Positions 1 to 12,000 of a stretch of DNA of 64,000 nucleotides are shown here, one piece after another. The DNA is taken from assembly GCA_035084275.1 (NCBI GenBank), contig CM068743.1:23498001-23562000 (forward strand). Reading direction: 5' to 3'. Position 1 is the first letter of the stretch. The number at the start of each line of letters is the position of its first letter. The notes under the pieces were generated by a model. The model did no database searches and had not been told where the DNA came from. It saw only the letters and a program-made list of their open reading frames with translations. The stretch is from Hydrolagus colliei (Eukaryota). The translations under genes were made by a program, and so were the position numbers.

Positions 1-1202
1 AGTTTACATGGACTTTCAAAAGGCATTTGACAAAGTGCCACATGAGAGACTTATTAAGAAATTAAAGGCCCATGGCGTAAAAGGGACAGTGGCAGCGTGG
101 ATCCACAACTGGCTGCGAGACAGAAAGCAGAGAGTTGTAGTGAGCGGCTGTTTTTCAGATTGGAGGGAAGTGAGCAGTGGTGTGCCACAGGGATCGGTTT
201 TGGGACCATTGCTGTTTGTAATCTACATCAATGATCTGGACTTGGGTGTACGGAGTACAGTTTCCAAGTTTGCAGATGACACTAAGTTAGGGAGAATAGT
301 AAACAGTGAGGAGGATAGTAGCCATCTGCAAGAGGATATAGACAAATTGGTAAAGTGGGCAGACACATGGCAGATGAAGTTTAATGCAGAGAAGTGTGAG
401 GTGATGCATTTTGGGAGAAGAAATGAAGGGAGGCAATATAGGCTAGATAGTACAATTTTAAATGGTGTGAAGGAACAGAGAGATCTGGGGATTTGTGTTA
501 GTGACTCGTTGAAGGTGGCAGGACAGGTAGACAAGGCTGTTAAGAAGGCATATGGGATACTAGGCTTTATAAATAGGGGTATAGAGTACAAAAGTCAGGA
601 AGTGCTGACTAACCTCTATAGGACTTTGGTGAGGCCTCAGCTGGAATACTGTGTTCAATTCTGGTCACCACACTACAGAAAGGATGTGAAGGCATTGGAA
701 AGGGTACAACGAAGATTTACTAGGATGGTGCCAGGATTGAGGGACTTCAGCTATGAGGAGAGGCTAGATAGGCTAGGGTTATTCTCTCTGGAGCAGAGAA
801 GATTGAGGGGAGACCTAATAGAGGTTTATAAGATCATGAGGGGTTTCGACAGGGCAAATAGAGAAAAACTATTTCCACTCGTGGGTGAATCTGTGACTCG
901 TGGTCACAGATTTAAAATAGTTTCAAGGCGCAGTAGAGGGGAGCTGAGGAGAAATTTTTTCACTCAGCGAGTTGTTCGAATCTGGAATGCATTGCCTGAA
1001 AAGGTGGTGGAGGCTGATTCGATAACAACTTTTAAAAGGGAATTAGATCTTTATTTAGGAAGAACGGGTCTATTAGGCTATGGGGAGCGGGCAGGGCAAT
1101 GGGATTGAATCGCTCTTTTCAAAGAGCCGGCACAGACTAGATGGGCCGAATGGCCTCCTTTTGTGCCGTAAAATTCTATGATTCTATGATTCTATGATTC
1201 TA
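1..1202 (+). mobile_element. Young CR1-clade LINE, 3' part (ORF2 reverse transcriptase C-terminal part, 3' UTR, (ATTCTATG)n tail); runs off window start
   Basis: Open ORF 8..1108 with RT motifs DFQKAFDKVPH, GVPQGSVLGPLLF and FADD, plus CR1 C-terminal RRLRGDLIEVYKI/FFTQRVVRIWN. Octamer tail attctatg repeated at about 1173-1202. Confidence 0.95.
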
Positions 1203-1430
1203 AGGCCAGCACAGCTCTGAAGCTCAAATTGCTTCACCACCAAGACAGACACATGTGAAACTGTTTCCTAACAACACTAACAAGGCAGCAACATTCGCGC
1301 TGGTGCCTCAGACCTGAACTGCTGTGTCTGGTTCACAATCAGGAAATTATTTCTGGCCATTCTGTGTGTAAAAGTTTCCAAATTGCCTACAGATCTGAAT
1401 TTTCAGAGTTGTTTTCTTCTGTGCCTGCAG

Positions 1431-1625
1431 CCAACTCCCGGGCCACCTACAGTAGCCAGCACAGCTACCTGGGCTCAGACCTGCGGACATTACAGTCCCC
1501 AGAGCACCATATCGATCCAATTTATGAAGACCGAGTCTATCAAAAACCCCCAATGAGGAGCTTAAGTCAAAGTCAAGGGGATCCACTGCAGGCATCACTC
1601 ACAGGGACATATCGCACCAGTACAG
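1431..1625 (+). CDS. CTNND2: CTNND2 (delta-catenin) internal coding exon, 195 nt, about human exon 8
   Basis: Acceptor ttttcttctgtgcctgcAG (1429-30) and donor cag|GTaatg (1626). Translates [64 protein letters not shown], matching delta-catenin [32 protein letters not shown]. Phase 1-1. Confidence 0.96.
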
Positions 1626-1750
1626 GTAATGTGTATGAAATTATTTAGGCAATGTGTGTACAATTATTCAAGTAACGTGTGTAGTTATTCAGATAATGTG
1701 CATACAGTTATTCAGATAATGTGTGTACAGTTATTTGGATAATGTACATA
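1626..1750 (+). repeat. 23-bp minisatellite, about 5.5 units, starting at the exon donor
   Basis: Units: gtaatgtgtatgaaattatttag / gcaatgtgtgtacaattattcaa / gtaacgtgtgtagttattcag / ataatgtgcatacagttattcag / ataatgtgtgtacagttatttgg / ataatgtacata. Confidence 0.85.
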
Positions 1751-3529
1751 TATTAGCCAGTCATTTTACTTTTATTTCGCTGGAGATTGGAGTTGAAAAT
1801 TATATGGTGATTTCTCCCAATATCTCCTCTCCTCTAGTTCAAATCTGATCTTCTTAAGATCTCCTGACCTGACATATTGTTGCAGTAACTGCCAGTCTGA
1901 GAATGCTCCATATTTATACATTTTATAAATTACATTTTATAAATGCCCTCTCTCCTGTTTTTTTACATTCCCTTTGTTTTCCCCCTCCTAAATTTAGACA
2001 CTAGAATGTTCTTTCAGTGCTGTAAATGGCTATTATTTAGTCTGGCTCATCTTTAAAATTGAGTGTTGTATAAGTTCTTTGACAGAATATTTGGGGTTCT
2101 TGTTAGTGTTGTTGTTTGCAATACAGTATTAATGCATCAATTCAGATTTGTGATTAAGGCAGGATTCTAAAGCAAACGTGACCCCCGCTCAATGTGTTGC
2201 CTATGCAGGTGGTGTAGTGTCATCCTAGTTTTAGGATGAAGTATTTATTGATGTTTTCAGCTTCGTGTTGAAAACGTGCTGTTACAGAAATAAGAGCAGG
2301 TTTGTTCAGCCAGTTCAGCGACGGGGGAATAAAAAATGCCCTGGCAGAATCCACCCCGGCCTTCAGAATGGATTCTGCCAGAGCATTCATTAATTATTAG
2401 ATTTATTAGTATTTTTATTCGGTGTTTTAGTTCTATGTGCAGCTATTAAAGTTGTGTCAGAAAAATCGATTTCCCATTTCCGAAACAACAAGCTCTGTAG
2501 TTGCCATGAAAATCTAACCCTCTGTCAAAACATGCAGTGAAGGAACAGTGGATATCTCGCTGTACTAGCAAATTATGCAGCCTGCCTCAGGACTGCACAG
2601 ACTTGCTTCGACCTAAATATAATTCAGTGATCCCACAGTATGCACAACTTGAGGTCAGATTCATTGTTGTTCCTAGATATTAATAGCAACACGGTAGGAT
2701 AATGGACACCAACCTATCCTTGTTTCATAGGACTCAAATTAACTTGAACCTAGCTTTGATGCTGATACGAAACGTTTACCTGGTGCAGCGTTCAATGGCC
2801 AAACTAAGCATGTAATTTAAGGATTCTATCAACCAGCATGTCCTTCATTATGTGTTTTATAGAATCAGGTACAAGTGAGAGGGGTCTCAGTTTAAGGAAG
2901 TGAGTAAACTCTAGACATAGCACAGTTAAACTGCAGGCTCAGTGTGAAAATGCTAGCCATTCATCAGGTTACAGGTTTATGACAAAGGAATTCAGCACAG
3001 CGGGTGTTTTTTTTGTAAAGAAAATATTTGATTCTAATCGGCACTAAATGTTGTTACATTATGGAAAACACTGTGTTATTTTCAAGGGTATACACCCTCC
3101 GTGGCTGAGAGAAGAGGTAGAAAATTATTTGAGCCTGTAGAAAATCCACCTGGGTCTGGATTTACACTATTTGATTTGTATGTTAGTATCCTGAATTAAC
3201 AAATTCTTAAATTTGAAGCTGTTTTTTTTGTGTAGGTTATTTTATGAACGACAAAAAACTAGCTTCAAGATGAGGATTTCAGTTAAGGATTTCCCAAATT
3301 CTGTGTTGCTCTGAAATGCTAAGGAAATAATGAGTTTAGACCCAGGCAGAACTTGTCTCCTCCATTCCTCCTGAGTTGTGAAATTTATCTCTAGGGGAAG
3401 AGTGCAAGAGGATGACGTGCTCACAAGCATTCCCTTCCATGACTAGGCAATGTTGTCAGTGCAACTAAAACCGGGAGCTTAAGCACATTCGAGGTGGAGC
3501 TACCTAGAATGTTATATTAGATATTAGAG

Positions 3530-3770
3530 ATCCCCAGGCACTATTCAAAAAGATAAAGGGGTTTTTCCTGGTGTCCTGGACAACAACCCCCATAAAATTG
3601 GTCATTCACTTCATGGCTGTTTTGGGACATTGCTGTGTATAGAATTGGCCTCTGCATTTGCTCCACAAAATTCAGGGTCACTGCACTTTTCAGTAAATCC
3701 TGTGAAGCACTTTGGGACATCCTCCCAAAATGATAGGCGCTGTACCAAATTAAGGATTAATGTCATATTT
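3530..3770 (+). mobile_element. Old Deu-domain SINE fragment (AmnSINE1/SacSINE1-like)
   Basis: gatcccc..ggcactattcaaaa..cctggtgtcctgg..ggtcattcac..gctgttttgggacattgctgtg..tgtgaagcactttgggacatcc matches the recalled DeuSINE body and tail and recurs in the window. Confidence 0.65.
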
Positions 3771-4069
3771 TATTGTAGACCAATGATTATTATAGACACT
3801 CATTTATTATAGACAAAGGTATTTGCGATCCCTCATCTATTATTAAAATTTGTCAATTTTCTAACAAATGTTACCCTGCAGGACTTTAATCAGCCTCCCC
3901 CACCACCCCTCAAGAGGACATTATGTCGAACTCTGGAATCGAAAGTGTTCTATTTCCCAGCACTAACATCCTTGATGAGTGCAACATTTACTAAACACAT
4001 TACGATCCAACCTTTTTTTTAAATTTCAAATGGTCACCTCATTAGGACTGAGGACAGGAAGTATTTATT

Positions 4070-4315
4070 TGATTTATTTCTTCACACAGAGGGTTGAGGA
4101 GATGTAGAACACTCTGCCCCACAATGCTACAGAGGTGCAACCAATAAAGATGTTCAAATGAGCCATAGCCAGATATGTAATACCAGGCAGTAGCAGGTAT
4201 TAAGGGGTGAAAAGGCATGCCTTTGAAAATAAATGATCTGCCAAGGTCTGATAAGCTGGTGGAATAGACTTGATGGGCCGAATGGCCTGCTCTTGTTCCA
4301 CTTTTTCTATGTTCC
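4070..4315 (+). mobile_element. Old CR1 3' end fragment
   Basis: ttcttcacacagagggttg (FFTQRV) and gggccgaatggcct...ttctatgttc, typical of the CR1 3' UTR. Confidence 0.7.
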
Positions 4316-5006
4316 CATTGAATTTATGGGAGAGATTACTCTATATGATTTGTGCTGCAATCAGAAAATGACTGAATCCTGATTTTTGCCATACATGTGT
4401 TGTGAGATGAACCCATTTCTGGGAAGTAAATTGTACCATTGAATAGATTCATGAAAATGTTAGCACACAAAGATGCCATTCAACCAATTTCTGTCAGTGT
4501 TAGTTTCCCTTAGTGGCCATCCAGTCAAATCCTATTTTCATTGTTCTTTCCCCCACACTCTTGTATTGCTTTATTCTTTGTGTTTACCTAATTCCCTTGG
4601 AAATGGCACAATCGACTCTGATTCAATAATCCATAAGAAAATGTCAACCTCTACCCCTTTTTATTTATACTTTTAATAATCTTGAGTTGTGATCACTGAA
4701 TAATCCATCAGTGTATCATCTCAGAACGTCAAACTGGTCTATTAAATCCATCTTAATCTTATGAAAACAGAAAACAGAAAAAATATGAAGAGGTCATTTT
4801 GGCCCAATGAGTGTAAACTGGTGTTTGCTTAACTAATTGCAATTAACTGTAGCTAACTTCTAAGTATGATTTCCTACTCTTTCATATCCTTTCTTTCAAA
4901 GTTATCTTACTCCCTTGCAAGGGTACCGTAGTCTTAGGCTCAAAAAAACACACTCATACCAAAGCATTCCACATCCGGATAGTTCTCTGCATGAAAAAAT
5001 TATGAT

Positions 5007-5850
5007 AACATAAGAACATAAGAACATAAGAATTAGGAGCAGGAGTAGGCCATTCGGCCCTTCGAGCCTGCTCTGCCATTCAATAAGATCATGGCTGATC
5101 TTCTGACCTAACTTTGATTACCTGCCCTATCCCCATATCCCCTCATCCCTCTGTTTCTCAAAAATCTATCAGTCTCAGCCTTGAAAATGTTCAAGGACTG
5201 AGCATCTACAGCCTTCTGGGGTAGTGAATTCCATAAATTCACCACCCTCTGAGTGAAGAAATGTTTCCTCAACTCTGTTCTAAAAGGCTGACCCTTGATT
5301 TTAAAACTGTGACCCCTGGTTAAAGATTCTCCTACCAGGGGAAATAGTCCCTCAGTGCCTACTTTATCTAGCCCTTTAAGAATCTTATATGTTTCAATAA
5401 GATCCCCTCTAATTCTTCTGTACTCTAGAGAGTACAGCCCTAGTTTATTCAACCTATCCTCATAGGTCAGTCAACTCATCCCAGGAACTAACCTAGTGAA
5501 TCTACGCTGCACCCCCTCTAAGGCAAGTATGTCCTTTTTTTAAATAAGGAGACCAAAACTGCACACAATACTCTAGGTACGGTCTCACCAAAGCCCTATA
5601 CAGTTGCAGCAAGACTTCCCTACTCTTATACTCTTAAACCTTTTGAAATGAACGCTATCATGCCATTCGCCTTCTTAGTTGCTTGCTGCACCTGCAAACT
5701 AACTTTTGGGACAGGTGTACAAGGACACCCAAATCCCTTTGAATACTAACACTATCTAACTTCTCCCCCTCTAGAAAATAATCTATTCTTTTATTCTTGC
5801 TACTTAGGTGAATAATTTCACACTTGTTAACATTGAATTCCATCTGCCTC
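5007..5850 (-). mobile_element. CR1 LINE 3' fragment, second family (HER1-like, (TTCTTATG)n tail), frameshifted
   Basis: Tail (acataaga)x3 on +. Minus ORFs 5108..5452 (LYSLEYRRIRGDLIETYKIL..FFTQRVVNLWNSLP) and 5658..5843 (MEFNVNKCEIIH). Confidence 0.9.
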
Positions 5851-6429
5851 CCTTTAAATCTTCCAATCTTTTAACCAGAATATGGTCCTATGGGATGTTG
5901 TTGAGCCTTTCATCATACCTATATTCTCTCATCTCTGGTATCATGCGATAACTGTGTGTTAAGATTGCCCATCATGAATCCTTTACATCCCAATTCCATG
6001 ACAATTGTAGCCCACGCTTTCTATGTCTTGCATTTTCTCAAGACTTAAATGAATGGATGTGGCATGTGCTGCCACAACAGTATAGGTTACTGTTGAGATG
6101 TTATTGCAGTGTTGTAAATTCCATTACAGCTTTGAAGATGTCTCCCTTGAATCTCAGTTACTCTCTTCTCTCCTTCTCTCCCAGCTGCTGGTCTAACCAG
6201 GAAGATTGTTTATTTGCATTATTCAGATATTTTTTTGAAAAAGCCATAGTGGCTTAAAGCATGAACTCCAATGGTGGTGCAGATGATGTGACAGACAAGA
6301 ACGAGGCTGGTGCCAGAGAGCAGAGGCGCTGGCTATCTTGGAGAGAAAATTAGGTGCTAGAGAGTGAAGGGGTGCCACAGAGTGATGGGATCTGGTTCGC
6401 CTTCCTCCATCCTCGTAATTACTTGACAT

Positions 6430-7790
6430 ATTGTGTCCTGAAATATGTACTGCATGCTGAGATATTATTTTCTACATATCCATCTAATTTGTTCTTGTGT
6501 AACAAACCAAATTTTCTACTTCCACCATCTCCCTATGGAGCCGGTTCCATATATTTACTACTCGCTCCCTGAAGTAGTGTTTCCACAGATTAGTTCCAAA
6601 TTTAGCCCCCTGGAATCGCGAGCATGTACTCTCTTTCTACTATTCAGTACAAGATAAAACAGCCTATCATGGTCTAGATTATCTATTCCTTTCAGTATCT
6701 TAAAGACCGTAATCAAATCGGTCCTCAACCTTCTCTTCTCCAGTGTGAATTTGTACAATTTACCTAATCTTTTCTTGTAGTCCAGCTTCTCCATTCCCTC
6801 ACTCATTTTGGTTGCCCTCCTCTGTATCCACTCAATGGCTGGAATATCCTTTGTATATTGTGGTGAGCAGAATTGCGCACAGTATTCCAAGTGCAGTCAC
6901 AAGTGATTTTTTCCCCCCAAAAAAGTATACAGTCAATACCATTTACAGTATAGTATGTTGAGGGCTTTGAGATGAAAAAATGATAAGGTGCAATATCAAA
7001 TGTAAGAATTATTATAATAAAATGGCAGGATTACCCCACTATTTCGGCTCAATATTGCCATTTTAATACAGCCCAGCATCTGGTTTGGTTTACTTACACA
7101 GTACTTAAAGTACTGTTATTATCTGGATCCTTTTCATTTTCCATGGAGATTATTTTCTTAGCATTTAAATAATAGTTCCTTCCTGTTCTTTGTCTCCATG
7201 AGAAACAGTTTGCATTTCTCTACATTAAATTTCATCTGCCATCGTTCTGCCCGATTCCCAAGAATGTTCAAGTCCTCCTGTAACCTATCCTGTTCATTTT
7301 TGCAGTCTATCACCTTCATTACCTTTGTATTAACTGCAAATTTAGCCACTGTGTCTGTGATCTCTAAATCCAGGTTGGTTTTGAAGATGTTTAGTGAAAT
7401 GCAGTGTAACCATGCAGCAGATATAAGATGTGGAGTCCTGTAGTTCAATTCCCCTCACAAGTAAGAGACCTGGGTTTGATTCCCTGCAGAGCAAAACGTT
7501 GTACAAGTTTCCTTACTCCACACTTTGTTTACCCAGCAGTAAGTAGGAATCCAGTTATTTGTCAATTGGTGGATCGCTTTTCCAGGGTTAATAACTCCTT
7601 CAAATAATAATAATTTGTTCACTCACTCCATTACTGTTTGTGGGACACTGGTGTATGCAATTGGTTTAGTTTGGCAGGATCTCCCCCACATAAACCAACA
7701 TTGGCTATCTTTAATCATTTTATTAATGTCCAAATGCTCCCTGATGTTATATTTAATAAGAGTCTCTATACCTTTACCAACAAAGGTTCT
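6430..7790 (-). mobile_element. Old CR1 RT relic in three pieces, interrupted by SINEs
   Basis: Minus ORFs 6558..6890 (EYCAQF..KRRLRTDLITVFKI), 7158..7448 (DLEITDTVAKFA..WQMKFNVEKCK) and 7623..7898 (VGKGIETLIK..IKDSQCWF) are collinear with CR1 ORF2. Confidence 0.8.
7432..7665 (+). mobile_element. tRNA-derived SINE, long form, 3'-truncated
   Basis: ggagtcctgtag head, B-box gggtttgattccc and internal gtttacccagcagtaagtaggaa module. Confidence 0.8.
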
Positions 7791-7844
7791 CTGTGGACTG
7801 CAAGACAGGATCATTGGAGAGGAATGGCTGAGAAAACAATTAAA

Positions 7845-8417
7845 TGTCTCGGCTGGACTATTGCAACGCCCTCCTCTTTGGTCTCCCCTCCACCACAATC
7901 CACAAAATCCATCTTATCCAAAACTCTGCTGCCCGCATACTCACCCACTCCAAACTTCGCTCCCCCATTACCCCAGTCCTTGCCAGACTTTACTGGCTCC
8001 CTATCCCAGAGAGGATTAACTTCAAGATCCTCACCCTTGTTTTCAAATTCCTCCACTCCTCTGCACCCCCCTATCTCTCTGATCTCCTCTCCCCCCCCCA
8101 ACCCAGCACCCGCTGCCTTCGCTCCTCTGGGTCTGGCCTCCTCCATGTCCCCGAATCTTCTGCTCCACCCTCGGTAGCCGTGCCTTCAGCCACTACACCC
8201 CAAGGCTATGGAACTCCCTTCCTCACTCCCTTTGCCTCGCCCCCTCTCTTCCCATTTTCAGGTCACAGCTGAAGACCTTTCTCTTCGACCGAGCTTTTGG
8301 ACACACCTTTCTGTCCCTGCCTCTGGCTCGGTCCCGGAATCCGCTATTGTAAAGCGCTCTGAGACGCCATCCGGCGTGGAGGGCGCTATATAAATCCAAG
8401 TTGTTGTTGTTGTTGTT
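7845..8417 (+). mobile_element. L2 LINE 3' fragment, subfamily A, (GTT)n tail; followed by a SINE 3' part to about 8533
   Basis: ORF 7844..8272 [39 protein letters not shown] is typical L2 ORF2 C-terminus. Terminal stem-loop and ttg repeats present. Confidence 0.92.
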
Positions 8418-8945
8418 TTGGCCACAGAATGCACAATCTCTGCACTTTACAATATATTCTGTGAAGAGCTTTTCAGACATCTCAACAACGTGATAAGGCG
8501 CAATATCAAATGCAAGGATTATTATATTATTATTCCATATCATACCAGTGGCAGCTGGGAGATCTCCCTACTAGTTGGGTTTACTTTGTTCACAATCTCA
8601 TTAGTCTCACCAGATCTACGTAGGTCAAACCTTGAGTGAAACTCGAACATGCTCAGAATTGTCACTGGAAAAGTTAAGGGGAAGCTGAAAGAATGATTAC
8701 ACGCAATCTTACTGGTGCATGGAATGCTTTGCTATTGAGGCTAAAACCATAATAGCAAATCAGACGGGTTTGGATTAGCATTTGAAGAGGAACAATACAA
8801 AAGAACAATGGTGAGGGAGCAGCAGATTTGGAATAATTAGCTCCAGTGGATGAGGTTTGCACCAGCCTAGATTTGATAGGCTAATTAAAACAATTAAATT
8901 TCTGCATTTGATACAGCACCTAATAACTTTGTGGTGATGTGTCCA

Positions 8946-9290
8946 CAACAACAACAAAGTTACATTTATATAGCAACTTTAATGTTGGGGGGATGTTCCA
9001 AGGTGCTGGACAGTCCAGGCTTTGCACCCAAATTTAGGTTGGGAACCGAGTGAGGAGGTAGCTGAGAGAAATGGGAAAACTCACCAAAGGCATAGCGAAA
9101 GAGGAAAATCTTGAGGCAGGCCTTGAAGGCATTGAGGGAAGAGGAGAATCAAAGGGACTCCAGGATGGAGTATCACAGTATGGGGGCAGATAGGCTTAAA
9201 GCCCGACTGGCAATAGTACGGTGGGGGACTTGAAGGAAGCCAGAGCCTTGTAAGTAGAGGGTGCCGGTGGATTTGTAAGGTTTGAAAGCG
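8946..9290 (-). mobile_element. Old L2 3' fragment
   Basis: (caa)n tail followed by decayed similarity to the other minus-strand L2 copies. Confidence 0.65.
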
Positions 9291-9737
9291 CTTTACAGGA
9301 TTTACTTAAAGTGCTATGTGTTTGTAGGTGAACTCTACCCGTGCAGTAATTGTGATGACTCTATTCTATATTGATTTCTAATCCTCTTTGTGCCAGGGAG
9401 AACCAGAACTCCCAGGGCGTCCCTTAATACTATCTCCTTTCCTTCACAACACCAAGCCACTTTGCTGTCTATTCACCACACATTCTAAGCGATGATTGCA
9501 ACCTCACAAAGTGTGCAATTCTTCGTGATGTCTGGAATTCCCCTCTGCGTGCTCTGCACATCACACTTGCCCTGCTTTTCAAAAACATTCCCAAAACGCC
9601 TCCGTTGACAATTTTCTTCTTTCTGCACAGAGAATGTCAGACACTTTGCAGCAAAATGTAGTGTCCCTGGTGTGGAGTGCTTGTTATTAATGCACAGAAA
9701 TGAATATCGTGACTTAGAATTCAGTGCTGCCTGTCAG

Positions 9738-10855
9738 CCAGGCTCAGTTGATAGCACTCCTGCATCTGGAACAGAAAGTTGTGGGTTCACGTCAGAATTT
9801 TGAGCTCGTAGTCTAGGCTGACAGTCCAATGCAATGCTGGGGGAGCACTGCCATGTCAGAGTTGCTGTTCTTTCGGATGAGAAACTAAACTGAGTTTCCT
9901 CTTCAGGTGGACAGAATGTTATTCAAAAAGACAAGGGAATATCTACTGGTGCCCTGGCTCACAATGTCCCAGGTCATTCACTTCATGTTTGTTTGTGGGG
10001 TGTTGCTGAGTACAAACTTGTGATTGTTCAGAGAGATTTTGGTGGCCTTGGACACTAGTCGCATTAAGTTAGAATGAGGTTACAGGAAGGAACTAGGAAG
10101 GCTAATGGCATGTTGGCATTCATTACAAAAGGACTAGAATATAAGAGTCGCGAAGGCTTGCTGCAACTGTATAGGACCTTGGTGAGACCACAACTAAAAT
10201 ATTGTGTGCAGTTTTGATTTCCTTATTTAAGAGAGGACATACTCGCCTTAGAGGGGGTGCAGCGTAGATTCACTAGGTTGGTTCCTGAGATGAGGGGGGT
10301 TCAGCTATGAGGATAGGTTGAGTAAACTAGGCCTATATTCTCTAGAATATAGAAGAATTAGAGGTGATCGTGTAGAAACCTATCAGATGATTAAGGGGCA
10401 CGACAGAGCAGACAGTGGGAGACTGTTTCCCCTGGTTGGAGAAACCATAACTAGAGGTCACAGTTTTAAGATTAGGGGTCAGCCTTTTTGCACAGAGTTG
10501 AGGAAAAACCTCTTCACTCAGAGCTTAGTGAATTTATGAAATTCGCTCCCCAAAAGGCTATAGATGCTCAGTCCTTGAACATATTCAAGACTGAGATTGA
10601 TAGATTTCTAATGCATAAAGGGATTAAGAGATATGGGGATAAGGCAAGCATTGGTGGAGTTAGATTAGAAGATCAGCCAGGATTTTATTGAATGGTGGGG
10701 CAGGCTTGAGGGGCCGAATGGCCTACTCCTCCTTATTCTTATGTTCTTATGTAGCCTATAAATACTGTTGCTATGTTTAACAGCAGTTCATGTAAAGCTC
10801 CTTGAAACATGTCACTGTGATGAGATGCAATATTAAATGCCAAAATCATTATTTA
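9738..10855 (+). mobile_element. Deu-domain SINE split by a CR1 insertion
   Basis: tRNA-like head gctcagttgatagcact, Deu motif tctttcggatgaga..tcaggtgga. The tail resumes after 10752. Confidence 0.7.
10020..10752 (+). mobile_element. CR1 3' fragment (same family as 5007-5850)
   Basis: ORF 10318..10539 LGLYSLEYRRIRGD; ends gggccgaatggcctactcc..ttcttatgttcttatg. Confidence 0.9.
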
Positions 10856-11151
10856 CTATGAGTTCCACCGTGCAAAGATATCTGGATGGTGCTGAACTAG
10901 CTGCTTCAGTTAGTAATCAGTCAGAAAAGCTTCTATTCCCTTTGGAATGAAAATGAAATGGAAATTCACTGCTGAAAACAGGTTTAGATTTCCCACCAAA
11001 AGAAATGAGGCAAGTAAACTGGAAATGCGGGAAAATGAATTAGAGACTAGGATATAACCAGGTGGAAATACAATCAGAGCAAAGCAGAAAATAGGAAACC
11101 ATTGTTGGAAAACCACCATGCTAGGAAATAAAGCTTATAAAAATCATTAAC

Positions 11152-11460
11152 AATAATAATAATAATCCTTACATTTGATATAGTGCCTTATTACATCTTC
11201 TAGACATCTCAAAGCACTTCACAGAATACACTGTAAAGTGAATTGACTGTTTATGTGTAGGCAAAACACAGCAGCCAATTCTTCAACACAGCAGTATCCC
11301 ATAAACTGTCGTGGATTGAAATGAAGAATGTTATTTTTTTGAGGGATTATTATCGTGTGGAGTACGGAAACTTGCCCAAGGTTTCGCCCTGACCTGCCGA
11401 AAATCGAACACAGGTCTCTTGCTTGTAAGGCGAGTGCTCTAACCACTGAGCGACAGGACT
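11152..11460 (-). mobile_element. tRNA-derived SINE, short form, full length
   Basis: (aat)n tail on +. The reverse complement starts agtcctgtcgctcagtggttagagcactcgccttacaagc. Confidence 0.9.
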
Positions 11461-11863
11461 AATTAATTTGCAAACCTCGGGCATAAATTCTATTCAAGGA
11501 TATTGTCCCTCTTGAGCATGTTGCATTCCTGGATTTTCTGTTCTTTTCTTGTATTTTGCCTCATTGTGTTTTTCTTCTTTATTGTGTAGTTTGTGCTGTC
11601 CAAATACCCTTGGTATCTCTGGCAATGTGCACCACTAATGGTTTCCTACAGTGAGCCACGTGCACTTTGCTGTCATTGAGCGTGGTTCAGCCAAACAAAT
11701 TCAAAACCACCTGATGCCTTTCTGTGAAGAACAGGCTGCTGTATTCCAAACATTTGCCCACCCTCAGTGTTTACCTGCCCAGCAGTCTTTGCGAACAGCT
11801 TTGAGTTGATCGTGACAATTTAGATGGTATACCAAATAATAATAATAATTCTTACATTTGATA

Positions 11864-12000
11864 CAGAGAGTCCTGTAGTTTAGTGGTTAGAGCATTTTTT
11901 CGAGATAAATTCCGGTTAATTGAATGCGGACTTTTTTTTTGATATGCTGGTTAAATGGAAGTTACGGTTGATCGTGTGCCGGATAAACAGGTTTTTACTG
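11864..12000. mobile_element. Rearranged Tigger/pogo-like MITE inside a minus-strand DeuSINE (about 11834-12290)
   Basis: TA|cag...ccggataaacaggtttttactg|TA. The right half matches the MITEs at 19923 and 45628. Confidence 0.8.

Noticed and set aside
223-591. Identical 122-aa antisense ORF in both CR1 copies (also 39336..39704)
   Set aside because: Shadow ORF of a recently duplicated RT sequence; identity reflects element age, not selection.
8-1108. RT ORFs (also 38641..40044) as a host gene, retron or other prokaryotic RT system
   Set aside because: Motifs, 3' UTR and octamer tail are CR1 LINE; the context is a vertebrate intron with no accessory genes.
1401-1430. Upstream in-frame AG at 1405-06 as an alternative acceptor (+24 nt)
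   Set aside because: Poor pyrimidine tract; the downstream AG gives the 195-nt exon I recall for the orthologue.
1364-1648. ORF-track calls 1364..1648 and 21740..22189 as standalone genes
   Set aside because: They are CTNND2 exons extended into intron; splice sites define the real limits.
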